Below, in pieces: positions 24,248-36,880 of a stretch of DNA of 57,506 nt. The notes under the pieces were generated by a model, which worked only from the letters and a program-made list of their open reading frames with translations, did not search any database and was not told the DNA's origin. The stretch spans positions 34,706,561 to 34,764,066 of the forward strand of contig NC_068985.1 in NCBI RefSeq assembly GCF_001194135.2, given 5' to 3'. Position 1 is the stretch's first letter. Each line of letters opens with the position of its first letter. The translations under genes were made by a program, and so were the position numbers. Source of the DNA: Octopus bimaculoides (taxonomy: Eukaryota).

Positions 24248-26784
24248 GTAAGTAATTATATTTTGCACAGTTAAGTGTGTGATTTTCTATTATTCTTTTA
24301 GTTATTTCAGTCATTGTACTGCAATGGCCATACTAGTGCACTACTTTAACGGTTTTAGTCAATTAGATGGACACCGATACTTATCGTTTTAGCTAAGCAC
24401 ATTGTGCTATCCTCTTTTTGCCAAATTTCCATATAACTGGGTGGTAAACAAATCTACACTGGTTGTAAACTGGTGAGAAACAAACACAACAATGCACACT
24501 ACTCATACACATCATCTTCATTTAAAGTCTGATTTTGATAACTGATCCCCCTGTTAGGCACACATTAGGCAGAGTCTTCTTCTCCCACGCATTCTCTACA
24601 ATCAGCAGCCTTCCACAGTAGCACTTCCAGGCCTCTTTGCAGAATTATCAACTGCAAGTGTATCACCATCATCCTTGCAAATGCTCTTCTCACCCATAGA
24701 ATCCAAGACAGGCTAGTTGCTCGTGCAGAGAGTACAATGACTGCCTGGTGGTGGTGGTGGTGGTGGTGGGAAGGCCAATGCAAAACTGAAGGAGTCATCT
24801 ATGGGGCTGTGGTGGTACCCAGACCTAGTGACCATAGTAATAGCAGCAACGGATCATCCAACAACACCAGTGGCAGCATCAGAGGTGACAGCAGCAGAAC
24901 ATCAGCACTGACACCAATGACCCCAAAACTAGCATTATAGTCAGAGATGACAGCCATGCAAACACCAGTAGCACCAGCAAAGCTATCAGTTCCCTGCCCA
25001 ATATTACCAATGATGGCAGCCACATCACCATTGGTGATGGCAGCAGCAACACTGGCATTATGACCAGGAATGATTGTTACAATGACAACAGTCACAGTAA
25101 TATTGCCAGAATCACACATTGTAATAACAGCACTGATAACAGTTCTAATAAAAGCAATGGCAACAACATCTCCAGCCCCAAAGCCAACAGAAGATGCATC
25201 AGAGATGTGAACACGACTAACACTCATGCTTGGAAATATCGAGTCAGATGAACTGCCTTCAAGTGGCACCTGTACAACCACAGGTCCTCTATCAGGATTC
25301 CAGAAAGATTATTTGTCATGTCCTTGACAAGCCATGTGTAGCACCTTAAAGATGAAGAGACCCCATACAATATCAAGTGGAGTATCATAGAGTGGCTGGG
25401 ATCCTATATTAACAGGAGTGGATGCTGCAAAATTTGCATTGCTGAGTGAGCAAGGATCCTTAAAGACTCTCTGGAACCAAGGTTATTATTAAATTCCTGC
25501 ATCCATTTCAAATGCTACCTACTGCAAGCATGGGATTCTCCATTCATCGCTTAGATGCAAAAAGCCCATATGGACTGCCAACTGAACTAGTCTTACTGAC
25601 CTGGATTGTTTATTCTTTGCTTACTAACCAACTCTTATATATATGTGCGTAAAAGCAATATCACCCCTCTCTCATTATTTCCTTTAGTCTCTCTCGACTA
25701 TATATTTTCTTCTCATATTGCTTCTAAGAATGTTACTGCTTCTCATTTCAGCTGTTTTCATTACTATTAAACTACTAATACAATAAATGAGAAACATGCT
25801 AAGATAAACACTGATTTCTGTACCCCTCCTTTCTTTAATTTTATGACATTCATTCACCCAGTACTACTTTGGTGTTTCTAATCTGCTAAATTTGACTAGC
25901 ACATGTCAAATCGTTCTCTTTAACGTTACCTTGCTCACATAAAACATTGAGTCTTGTTCTTGATATTCCCATCCAATATTGTGACTCCTCCACCATCTTT
26001 AACACCCTCACACCTTTAACACCCCCCACCATCTATACTGGAAACTTTTCTTCCATCTTTCAATAAGTATATAACACCTCAGTTCCCTGTCTTATACTTC
26101 ATGTACCAGATCCAATTGCCCCTTACTTTTCTCCTTCTATACTATGATCCAGACAACGATGGTTATTAATGTCATAGCAAACATCCATAGTAACAGTAAT
26201 GTTAATTATACTAAGAGTCTATTGATAATAGTTGAAAATAGCACCTATTGTAGCATATGCAGCAAGTATTTGAGACAGAATGAATGATAGCAAATCTTAC
26301 CTGTGTAATTCTACCAAGTGCATTCATAGTAATAAACCAACAAGCAAACAAATCTACTATTGAAGAAACCCCTTTTTCATGAAGTTTCTAAAAATCTAGA
26401 GCTACGACCATAAATATAATTATGGTGAAAAGTAGATCTGGTGAGATTGTAGAGATACTGCAGTAGAGACAAGATATACTGGATGCAAGAGTTGAAATGG
26501 AAAGTACCCTCAACCAAACTACTTGCAAGCAACAACAGTACAAGCTCTTCTGGGTGAGTGGTAGTGACTGAGATATGTGGTAGGCATACTGTTAGCTGAG
26601 ATATAAATAGATAAAGTAACTGAAGTAAAGAGAGTGTATTATAGGATCACAAAAATGAGACTGGCTATAGACAACTCAACAGCAACTTTTATTTCCACAC
26701 ATGCACCATACAGGATTAACATAAGAAAGAAAGAACCACTTTTATAAGTTCCATCTACAGACTAACTCAACAATGATTGACAGT

Positions 26785-27130
26785 GTTTTCATTATTGTGG
26801 CTTGCAACTTCAATTAATATGTTGGCCAACATGATGATGTTTCCCATGACATTAGTGAAGGTTTTGGATGTTGTTTAAGAAATGAGGAGGGTGTAAGGCT
26901 CCGAGAATCCTGTGATGCAATTGATTAAACACATACTTTAAGCAGCCAGCCAACCATCTCATCACTTACCAATCTGGTGAACACAATTAGTTAGATATAT
27001 TACATCTTCACGAAGAAGAGGATTGGTTTGCTAGTGAAAATGTAGACCTTTCCTAATGAAGAATGCACTATACAACATACATTAATGGCCAGTAACATCA
27101 GTCAGAGCTAAGTAGACACAGAAATGAAAG
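26785..27130 (+). pseudogene. RTE-clade AP endonuclease fragment
   Basis: IVACNFN*YVG..GFGCCLRNEEGVRLRESCDA..QPANHLITYQSG remnant. Confidence 0.65.
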
Positions 27131-28109
27131 ATGACTTTGAGAAGGAAAATATGGAAATAAAAAAGATCCCATAACTGGGAATAGATTTAGAGAAATTTTA
27201 ACCGATGCATATGACATAGGAAGAAAGATTTAGACACCTATAGCCACTAGCATGGCTGGGGGAGGGGGCATAGGGGCAGGACTTTTCATCCTGTTATAGA
27301 CTATTGCTGTACATAATATGTGATTTTTGTGGGGTCTGGGGGTGGCAAATGGAAAGGCCACCCCCAGGTGTCACACACTCTAGCTATGTTGGTGCCTGCA
27401 GCACAAATAACAACTGAGAATTTCTACAAAATATATGGTTAAGTCATTTGTTTCTCAAGCATATGTTTCCAAGTTCAGCTTTACTGCACAACACCTTTGG
27501 CAAGTGTTTTCTAGACTGCTTTATATTAGTGGTTCTATTTCCTGCTTTGCCATATCTGTTATACATCTGTAGTATTATTCTATATTTAATAGCCTTGGCC
27601 CTCATTGCTAAGGCTGATTTGTAGCTTTCCTGTAGATATTGAGTTCCAATGTCGACCATCATCACCATCATCATCGTTTAACATCTGTTTTCCATGTTGA
27701 CATAGGTTGGGTGGTTTGATATGGAACTGGCCAGCTGCAGTGTTCAGTTTCAATATCTTAATAGTTGTCAATACTATTTATTGTACAAGACACACTATTA
27801 GCCTTTTTATGAGAAGAGGTGAGCTTGAGGATGTCATCTGCATATCTGAAGAAGAAAGCATTCCAGTTGGTCCATAAATGTGATGGTTTGCTAAGTTAGA
27901 TCAATCAGTGAATATTGTGTATTGCCTTCTGATTATAATCAGAAATAAAACAGTATTATCTTTGTTGGTATCAATAATTATTGATATCAACAAAGATGAT
28001 ACTGTTTTATTTTTCATCAAACTAAAAATATTTAAGCAATATTCACGAGACTGCTCTCATCTCAATTCCCCCTGTCCAGCAAAAATAAAAGATATATAGT
28101 TATATTTTT

Positions 28110-28145
<36 letters not shown>

Positions 28146-28257
28146 CGTACGTGCACATACACACACATGAGCACGCACACACACACACACACACACATAT
28201 TCATTCAATCATTCCATCTATTTACTGATACAATTTTTGTCAATTCTTACATTTCAG

Positions 28258-28578
28258 TTTTACCAAGATCAATCACAATCAAGACTATTTCTAATACAGT
28301 TCCTATGGAAAATCAGAACAAAAGTTATGAATGCCTTATTGAAAATGCTAAACCTGAATTTTCAGTGTTTTGGTTGATTACCAAGAGAAATGGAACACAA
28401 GAAAATGCTACAACGTATATTTCAAACAGTTCAAGTAAATCAGGGAAGCTAATCACCTTATCATCAAAACTGACATTAACTCTTAAGCGCAAGTTTAAGG
28501 AATTACAGTGCATTGTATATTTTCTAAGTAAAAGTGAATTTACTTACCCGTCAAAGAAACTTGAAATACATATGAAAT
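28258..28578 (+). CDS. Ig-like domain 3 exon, C1/C2 (CD80-like) type (SYEC..FWL..SSKLTL..LQC)
   Basis: cttacatttcAG acceptor, T|GTAAGT donor, 321 nt, phase 1-1. Confidence 0.88.
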
Positions 28579-29466
28579 GTAAGTTTTTTTTTATCTCAAA
28601 GCAAAAAGTATAGATTTGTTCAAAATATTTATTCAAAATATATGTTCATTTCTGAATTTATATTTATCACAACAATGAGAGGATTACACAAATTTAACAA
28701 TTTTGAAAATAGCCTTCGTTATTGATTTCATTTTAGTTTTAATATTATATCAATGGCCAATTATGAACTAGTAGACCCCAAAATATTTGTGGTGATATCT
28801 GTAATTTGCTTTAGTTAACTAAAGCATTTACTTCATTGAGTTCTAATTTCTAGAATAAGGTGCACAGCTGAAACATAAATAAATGTGTTCGTTATAAATG
28901 TAAGTATATTTTGTTAGTTGCATGTCTGCTCCCTTCACTATACTTTTGATTTGCAATAACTTTGCATTGTACTTCTTGAGGGTATTAGGCATGTTTTTGT
29001 ACTGTTGTAGCTCCCTTTAGTGCTGGCCATTTAGCACATGTTTATCTGTTTAGGAAGGAAAATGTTTTACAACACTTTTTTTGTCTTTTTCAACAATGTT
29101 ATATGGCAAATTATACCATGTCATTAGGTCTTTTCTCTGTGATTTTTGCATACTTGTTAGATGGTGTTATTATTTCTTTAGATTGTTTACTTATTCTTTG
29201 TTTGTTTGCATTATAGCTTTTTGGTGCAATGCACTATATCCCTGTTGAAGATGGTATTAGAAGGATGATAATGAGGTTGATGACATTTAGTGGCAGGTTA
29301 CATTGTATGTGGATGTACAGTATGGTGGTATTTGTTTTCTGTAACAGCTCTCCAGATTTGAGCTCAGATCTGAGGTTAAACAGAAAAATGAGAATGTTTA
29401 CTATTGTAAAGTGTTAAATAGAACATTGTAATTATTAGCATTTGTTTGTAATCGTAATTATTAATA

Positions 29467-29494
29467 CTAGCTGGACCTGTGAAAAATTCATGGG
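29467..29494 (-). mobile_element. Isolated Helitron-like 3' terminus
   Basis: - strand reads cccatgaatttttcacagg (imperfect hairpin), tccag, CTAG, T. Confidence 0.35.
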
Positions 29495-31973
29495 AAACAT
29501 TAAAAAATGTAAACATCTGTAAATTATGTGCTGGCGCCATGAGAAATGCTTCTATATTGTGACAATTACAGATTACTACCTTATGGTATGCATGTCAGAG
29601 GAGTACTCAGCCACTTTCGTGTTAATTTTATGAGCTGACTGTTTGTTGATCAAATAAACAGGAACCTCGTTGTTGTAATCGACGGAGTGTCGTTTTTAAA
29701 AAAAAGTGAAAGGAAATGTTCCATAATGTAAGGCAAAAATGTCATGTGTTTAGTATGAGCAGTGAAAGCTATGATGAAATAATTGCTATTCCGTTGTTTA
29801 TTCGCCCTTGACTCAGGCTCAGCCTGCACATCAGTGCTTATCTGAGGGCTTGGCCTCCAGATCTGTGAAACCCATAAACTCCGCTGTTAGGACTGGATTA
29901 ACACCCATAGCGACCCCAATGGCTAAAAAGATTTTCTTGCCCCTGTATAGGCTCATTTTTCATTTTCTTCCAGCCACTTGAAGGTTTATCTTGCTTCAGT
30001 CCACTCAGCTGGCCAAAATGAGTTGTAGTTGTAATTTAAAGGGGCCAGCCTTGTCATATTCTGTGTGAGGCCGAATCTCCCTGGGAACTATGTTAATGAT
30101 ATGCATGTCTGTGGAGTACTCATCCACTTGCAAGTTAATTTTATCCTCGTGTGGTAAAGAAAAGTGAAAGTGACATCCAATATTTGCTGTGTCTCTGTAT
30201 CTGTGTATCAACTTTTCTTTGGTTCTATGTATCTACTGCCTCTCTCACTTTCTCTCTTTCTCTTTCACTTCCTCTGTGTTCCTCCTCTCTCCCACTTTTA
30301 ATTTAACAATGTGTGTATGTATCTATGTATCTACTTTTCTTGTGATGTGATAAACATTTAGAAACACAAAATGAAGACTGTCACTTCTCACTGTCTCTTT
30401 CACTTTCTCTCTTGCTTCATCTCTGAAATGTTTAAAAATACAAAACGAATGCCGTCACTACTCACTGTCACTTTCTCTCTTACTTCCTCTCTGAAAAAAT
30501 TAAAAACACAAAACGAATGCCATCACCACTCACTCTCTTTTTTTCTCACTCTCTCTCTTTCTCTCTTACTTCGTCTCTGTCTTCCTCTCTCTCACTTTGT
30601 CACTCTCTTCCTCTTTGAAGTAAGTGTGACACACACGACAGGTACGTACAAAAAGAACAAATTGGCATATTAATATTATTGATCTGTATATAATATATTT
30701 ATATATAATCAAATAGATAATATATATGAAGGAAATAAAAATTGTAAATGTCTGGACATTTACCTCCTCCATGGACAATAACCCTCTGAGAACAACAGAT
30801 GATGATTTAAAACTTCTTAATATATTGGAGAGGGGGTAATTAAGCAAGAGTGGTAATTGTCTTAGAGGGTAATTGTCCTGGGGGTAGTTATCGTTGGGGA
30901 GAATTGTCCTATTGGGGGTGGGGTAATTGTCCTGATATGAGTGGTGATGATGGAGGTGGCAGTGGTGACTGGAAAGTGAAAAGTGTATTTTTTTTAATTG
31001 AACTAAGTTTTTTTTATATCATCTATCACTTAATGCATGCACATAAGCGTAATTCCATGAGATATGCTCACTTATTTATGTGGCAGATGCATGCAGTTTG
31101 ACTAAAGGTTGTATCATATGTTCAGCAATTTTTTTTGTTTATGGGGCAAATGGAAAACAAGAGTGAATATTTATTTTATGAGTGCTGTGTATTAAGTCTA
31201 TAAAATTGTGCATAAAGTATATATTATGTATATAGAAGGTACATTAAGCAATCATTGTATTTCAATTTCTTTCACTTTTCAATGAGTTGCAGATGAGTGA
31301 CTATCTTTCCATGCAGACACAACACAGGCTATGCTTTCAGGTTTTTTGGATAAAGTTTTCAGAAATAACCCAAAAGATTTACCATTAATTTCGTGAAATA
31401 TTCATGGGTCTTACTATTATATATTATTATTACTATCCTCACCATCACCACCCCAGTCATTGTCATTGTCAAGGTGATGATCTGGCAGAATTGTTAGCTT
31501 GCCAGAAAAAATGCTTAGTAGCAAAAGTAATTATTACTATCATGTGGTTAAATAAGCAGCATCAGTAGAGCATGGGACAAAATACTATGCATTATTTAGT
31601 TAGGCCTGTTTATTTTCTGAGTTCAAAGTCCAATGAAATTGACTTTGACTTTCAACTCTTCAGGGTCAATAAAAGAAAGAACCTATCTTAGGGGACTGGT
31701 AGTGAGTAAGCCTTGCCTCTCAAAATTGCTGACCTTTTACCTAAGTCATTACAAATGTGCTTTTCTCCTAAAATTTATTCTTTTTTGCCAATGTTCAAAT
31801 ATTTACTAATATAGAATTATACTTTAAAAACTTTTTTAAAATGGTGATTTTATTCAAAATATACTTTGTTTTGTTCTTTTATTTCTTATGTTTTTTTTAT
31901 TAAGTGCAGGAATTTGATTTTGCTTGGAATAATTTTTTTTTTATTTTAACTTTTTATGTTCTAAAATTCATAG

Positions 31974-32228
31974 ATTCTCCAGAAAGAGATGACATGACAC
32001 TAAATGTTTCTGGAGGAAAAGTATGTGTTGGTACTCCAACCAAATTCCAGTGCAGTTTGAAAGGTGGTGATCCACCAGTAAGTGTAACCTTGATGTATAA
32101 AAATGTATCAAATACTAGTAAAGAAGAAGTTGAAATTACTGTAACACCTGAATCTCATCGAACAGTTAAGTGCCTGGGAACTCATATTGCTGCCAATGTG
32201 TCTCGTGAAAAGAATTTAACTATTTATT
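31974..32228 (+). CDS. Ig-like domain 4 exon (FQCSLKGGDPP..VKC), lacks the core Trp
   Basis: ttcatAG acceptor, T|GTGAGT donor, 255 nt, phase 1-1, C-x-x-x-G-G-x-P motif. Confidence 0.85.
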
Positions 32229-32599
32229 GTGAGTATAAATGAAGCATCTTTTGAAAATTTTTAACTTGTTTTTATCATTTTCTTTTTTTAATTCAAATAT
32301 GAGAAGATTAGTAAAATGTAAGAGTAAATGTACTCTTATATTTTACAAAAGTAAAATGTCTTTTGTAAATGCTGGTTTTTGAGTGAAGGAAACAATTATA
32401 AACAATGCTCTGTTATACCAAAATGGTGAACTATGTATCTAATTGTATTGTTGGAATTTGTTTGTGGTTTTATCACGTAAGTTGAGTATTCAGAGGGAAT
32501 GAACTTATGGTCAAATTCTGATATAAATAAATATTCTTGTATAGCTTTTAAATACTTGGGAGCTCTTTAAATTTCATTTGAGAAGAGAGATAAGCAATT

Positions 32600-33060
32600 A
32601 GAGAGATATCAGATTACTGGACCAGGTCATCAAAGTCAGAAAAAGAGTTATGGCTCAGTTGATTAGGAAGAAAGTTAAACTAGATGAGATGTAGTTAAGC
32701 TTTGTACCAGAAAAAGGTACTACAGATATGATGTTCCTAGTGAGACAACTGCAGAAATACCTGGCAAAAAAGTAAGCTGCTGTACCTAACATTTGTTGAC
32801 CTGGAGAAAGCCTTTGACAGAGTTTACTCATTTGGTGATCTAATAATCACTGATGAAGCTAGGAGTCGATGAATGGCCTGTGTAAGTCACACAGGCCATA
32901 TGCAGGGATGCTGTCCAGCAAGATGAGAATTAGCAATAAGTACAGTGATAAATTTAGTGGGTATGTAGGATACCACCAATGCTCAGTCCCTTTTTATTTA
33001 TCAAATACCTCCATGAAAATTTAAGACTGGGAACTCTTTATGCTAATGTCCTCATTCTTA
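32600..33060 (+). pseudogene. RTE-clade RT fragment
   Basis: FVPEKGTTDMMFLVRQLQ..FVDLEKAFDR remnant. Confidence 0.7.
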
Positions 33061-33689
33061 TAGCTGAAGCTGTAGTAGGATCAGAAAATAAATAGTGGTG
33101 GAGGAATTCCAACCATGTTTCGTGGTTCACTACATCAACAGCTCCTTTATAGGATCCAGTGGTTAAAGACATTATCAGGAGGAACCACACCCGGTTTTGG
33201 CCCCCACTCCGCTACCATTTTCGATGTGGTGGGACCCACCTTTTGGAGGTGTCTTCAGCTCTGGTTTTGAGTGCGTTTCTTCTTTCTCCTTTATTCTTTT
33301 GTTCTTTGGTTTCTTCAATGCAGTATCAACAAATGTCAGAGGGCAACTGACCATCCTGCCAAATTTCCCTTTAAATACTCGCTGTTAGGCTCCAGCAGCC
33401 AGCACCAGCTAACTGCCATGTGACACTGTCTAAGCTTCAACTGACCAATGGAGGGGAAGGACACATAGTTTTAGCCTGCACCCTCTCTAAATCTGCCTTC
33501 CAACAGTGTCATGTTAATTTCAGTTCCAGTAGCCAGAGCTGACCAGCCGTTTGGTGGTACAAGCCTTTGAACCAGCAGGAAGGCACGCTATAAACGAGAT
33601 CGCTACCTTGGCCCACCTGTCAATCAGTGATGCTGCTTAAGTGTCAGCCAGCCTCACCTAGTGACGCTATTTCCCAGTCAGCATGTTAT

Positions 33690-34080
33690 GGCTTTCAAGC
33701 CATTTTGGGTCTTCTTGCTTCAACTGTATATAGAAGCTGGCTTTTCTGACTGCCTCCTGTATCCTCCTGATTAATTTTCTCAGTTCTGAGCTCAAAAATA
33801 CAAACCTTCTTTTAAATAACGTCATCATTTTCCTTTCAATGAAGCCTCTAGCCCCTACTGCCAGGTAGTAATACTCAACAGTCCATCCCTGGTCTCCACA
33901 CTCTTTGATTAATCTCTCATACCTCTTCTCCTTCTGTTACTTTGCATTAGTGATGTTCTCTTCCCATGGCACTGTTAGCTCTAGCAAAATTCTAATTTTC
34001 CATTCTGTGTTCCATAAGATTAAGTCCGGTCTTTTTGTTGTTTTTATGAGTGGAAATATTAACAGTCTCTCTTCCATCTT
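33690..34080 (-). pseudogene. HERO/NeSL-like RLE retrotransposon C-terminal fragment
   Basis: LELTVPWEENITNAK*QKEKRYERLIKECGDQGW..VGARGF..IQEAVRKASF on the - strand. Confidence 0.7.
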
Positions 34081-34269
34081 TCGTCTGTCTCATATATTTT
34101 ATTTGAAGGCCTGGCCTTACATCCTTTTCCCTCCTTCTGGAAGTATATTTGATGTTTTCAAAATAAAGTAGCCAGTGTAAAAAACTGAGTAGAGATTTTA
34201 CTGAGTAGAGAAAGCTCATGGATTTATTACTTCCCTTATAAACATAAAATTTTTCTCTCAAAGGGAAAA

Positions 34270-34720
34270 GCTGAGTTTATGATGCATTTTTTTCAACTTG
34301 GAATGCTTCATGATAGTGAGACCTGACCTTTGAATGTGGAGGACCTGAAAAGCCTAGAAAGAAATTAAGCAAGCATGCTTCACTGGATATGCAATGTTAG
34401 AGTGCAAGATTGATGGAGTACAAATTTGCTGAGAGAAAAACTGGCCATTAGAGGAATCAAATGTTGTGTGCAAGAGAGAAGACTGCATTGATATGTATGT
34501 ATGAAGATAGCTGTAAATAAAAGTGATGATCACTCACAGTAGATGAAATCTGTGCAAGAGAAAGACATGGGATGAGATAGTGAAGGCTCATGTCAAGATG
34601 CTGAGACACATGAAAGAGATGACAAACCAAGTTCATAAGTGATATGCAGTACTCAACAAGATTCACCTTTCTATGCTGGCAGATCATGGCTGAGGCTCTC
34701 AAAGCATAATATATATGTAC
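34270..34720 (+). pseudogene. RTE-clade ORF C-terminal fragment
   Basis: LHDSET*PLNVEDLKSLERN..MLHWICNVR..GIKCCVQERRLH remnant. Confidence 0.6.
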
Positions 34721-36625
34721 ACTATGCACCTAAGTCTTCTCATCTTGTATCCAGACAACTGGTTCCTCCTCCAAGTCACATCCATTTTCCTCATTCTAAC
34801 GGTTGATGACTTTCACCTCACTCTTGTATCCATCTTAAACTCTTATCTCCATTAGTAACTTCTGATCCCTGCCACTTGCTGTTGACACCCATTCTTCATT
34901 CTTGTCATCCATGACTACATTCCTTTCCTTGGTTTCCATTTTTCACACTCACCTCACTTGCAACCTCAACTCCACCTCTATCATCCTATCCTCACATCTC
35001 ACTCACAATCTCTAACTCTATATCCAGCATCCTATCCCCTCGGTCTCCTTCAATTGCAACCTTAGTCCCACCCCTCATCACCCTATCACACCCTATCACA
35101 CCCTATCACACCCTATCACTCTATCACTTTCCTGTCTACTATAATTTCTGCTCTTGTATGAAATTCAAATAGAATCTGTTACTGTATACTATACCATATT
35201 GCTATCTCTGATACTGCTGGTCACCACTCTTCTCTGTACTACTCCCAATTAATTTCTATTCCACATCCTCAGTTTTCCCCCCACTCACACTGATTACTTC
35301 CACTCTTGTTCACCATTCTCTACATTTATCTCCTATATACTGCTGGCCTCATTCACCTCATGGTCAGTTTTACTCTCTTTTGACACTCTTATAGCCTTAT
35401 CCACCATCCTTCATTATTCTTCTGCATCCTTCTCTCTTCCATATATATCTTGGGCATGTTATCATGCAGGTATGTTCTGGTACCTTGTCATCACAATATT
35501 TATCTCTTGGACCCCACTCTAGTCTTCCCCACCCATTGATGCAAAGTAAATAGTTGCCATAAATCTTCCAGCATGTAACAAACTTTTTCTGCCCTCCCTC
35601 AGTCATATTTTAAACTCTCAACACTTTGCTCAAAGAATCTACTCTATCTCTTATCTTCCCTCTTAGTTGAACAGCTCTTCAGTTTTGTAGGTTACAAGGG
35701 AAACTTATTAGTGATGGTGCCATTAAAAATAGCACCCAATAAACTCTGTAAAGTTCCTGGCATTAGGAAAAGCATCCATCTATTGAAGGCATGCCAAAAC
35801 TGAGTTTTAAAAAAGTAGACATAAAATGGTGATGATGATGATGATGATGTTTGTCTGTTTTGAGGAGGATACATACATATAATTTAAGAATCCATAAGTC
35901 AAAAAAATAATCACTCTCACATATGTCAATAGAGTAGGTATATCAATCAACGTGTACAGTATTATAGATCCATGCAGCCAATCTTACAAATTGATTTTGC
36001 ACTGGGTATTAAAACTGGATGATCGTTAATAATACTGTTAAGTAACATCATGTGCTCTTCAGAGCTAGATGGTATGGAAAAATAATCTGTATTGCACTTC
36101 ATGAAGTTAGAAAAAAATGTAAGTAAAATTTCATAAGTTTGCACAAACAGATTTTCATAATTTCATTTTTTTAAACACTGCTTTCTTTTTTTAACTTTGG
36201 CATTAAACTCCCCTAATTTTATAACAATTCATCATTATCAACAATACCAATTTCATTATATATATTTTTATTTAAATTAATTTAGTGATAGTTGTGGAAC
36301 TATTGTAAACTTATATTCAATATTTCCTTTTATTCTGCCTCCTTTCTTCTGAAACTTTGTCTTACAAATTAAATTTTGCCAACAAGGATTTCCTATATAG
36401 CTGTATCTTTTCCAATATATTTGTAAGGATTTGAAAATTTGTGTTGGATATTTTCTTTCAATGTAAAAGATTGCAATGCTAATAGAATTTATTGAAAATT
36501 TTCTCATTTCGTATACATCACTTTATATGTAATGCAGCTTGGAATATTAATTGCTGATGTAATAGCAAAAAATAAAATATCTTTATGCAAGTATTACATA
36601 AATAATCTGATTTTCTTTTATACAG

Positions 36626-36880
36626 ATCCACCTAATACGATACAAATCGAGGCTGATGAACCCTTTCTTGAAGGTCACAAATGTATTTTGCATTGTAAAG
36701 CAATAAATGGATATCCAGAAAAGTACAGCTACAGGTGGGAGCCAAATAACAATACCTTGCAAGATTTAACGTTTCCTAATATCAGTCGAACACAAAATAA
36801 TAAGGTTTTCACCTGTTATGCTTCTAACATGTGCAATAAAAAAAGAGAATTACATAAAACACATTGGATCAACGTAGAAT
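36626..36880 (+). CDS. Ig-like domain 5 exon, C2-type (LHCKAINGYP..YRW..FTCYASN)
   Basis: ttttcttttatacAG acceptor, T|GTAAGT donor, 255 nt, phase 1-1, canonical C..W..FTC-x-A-x-N. Confidence 0.92.
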
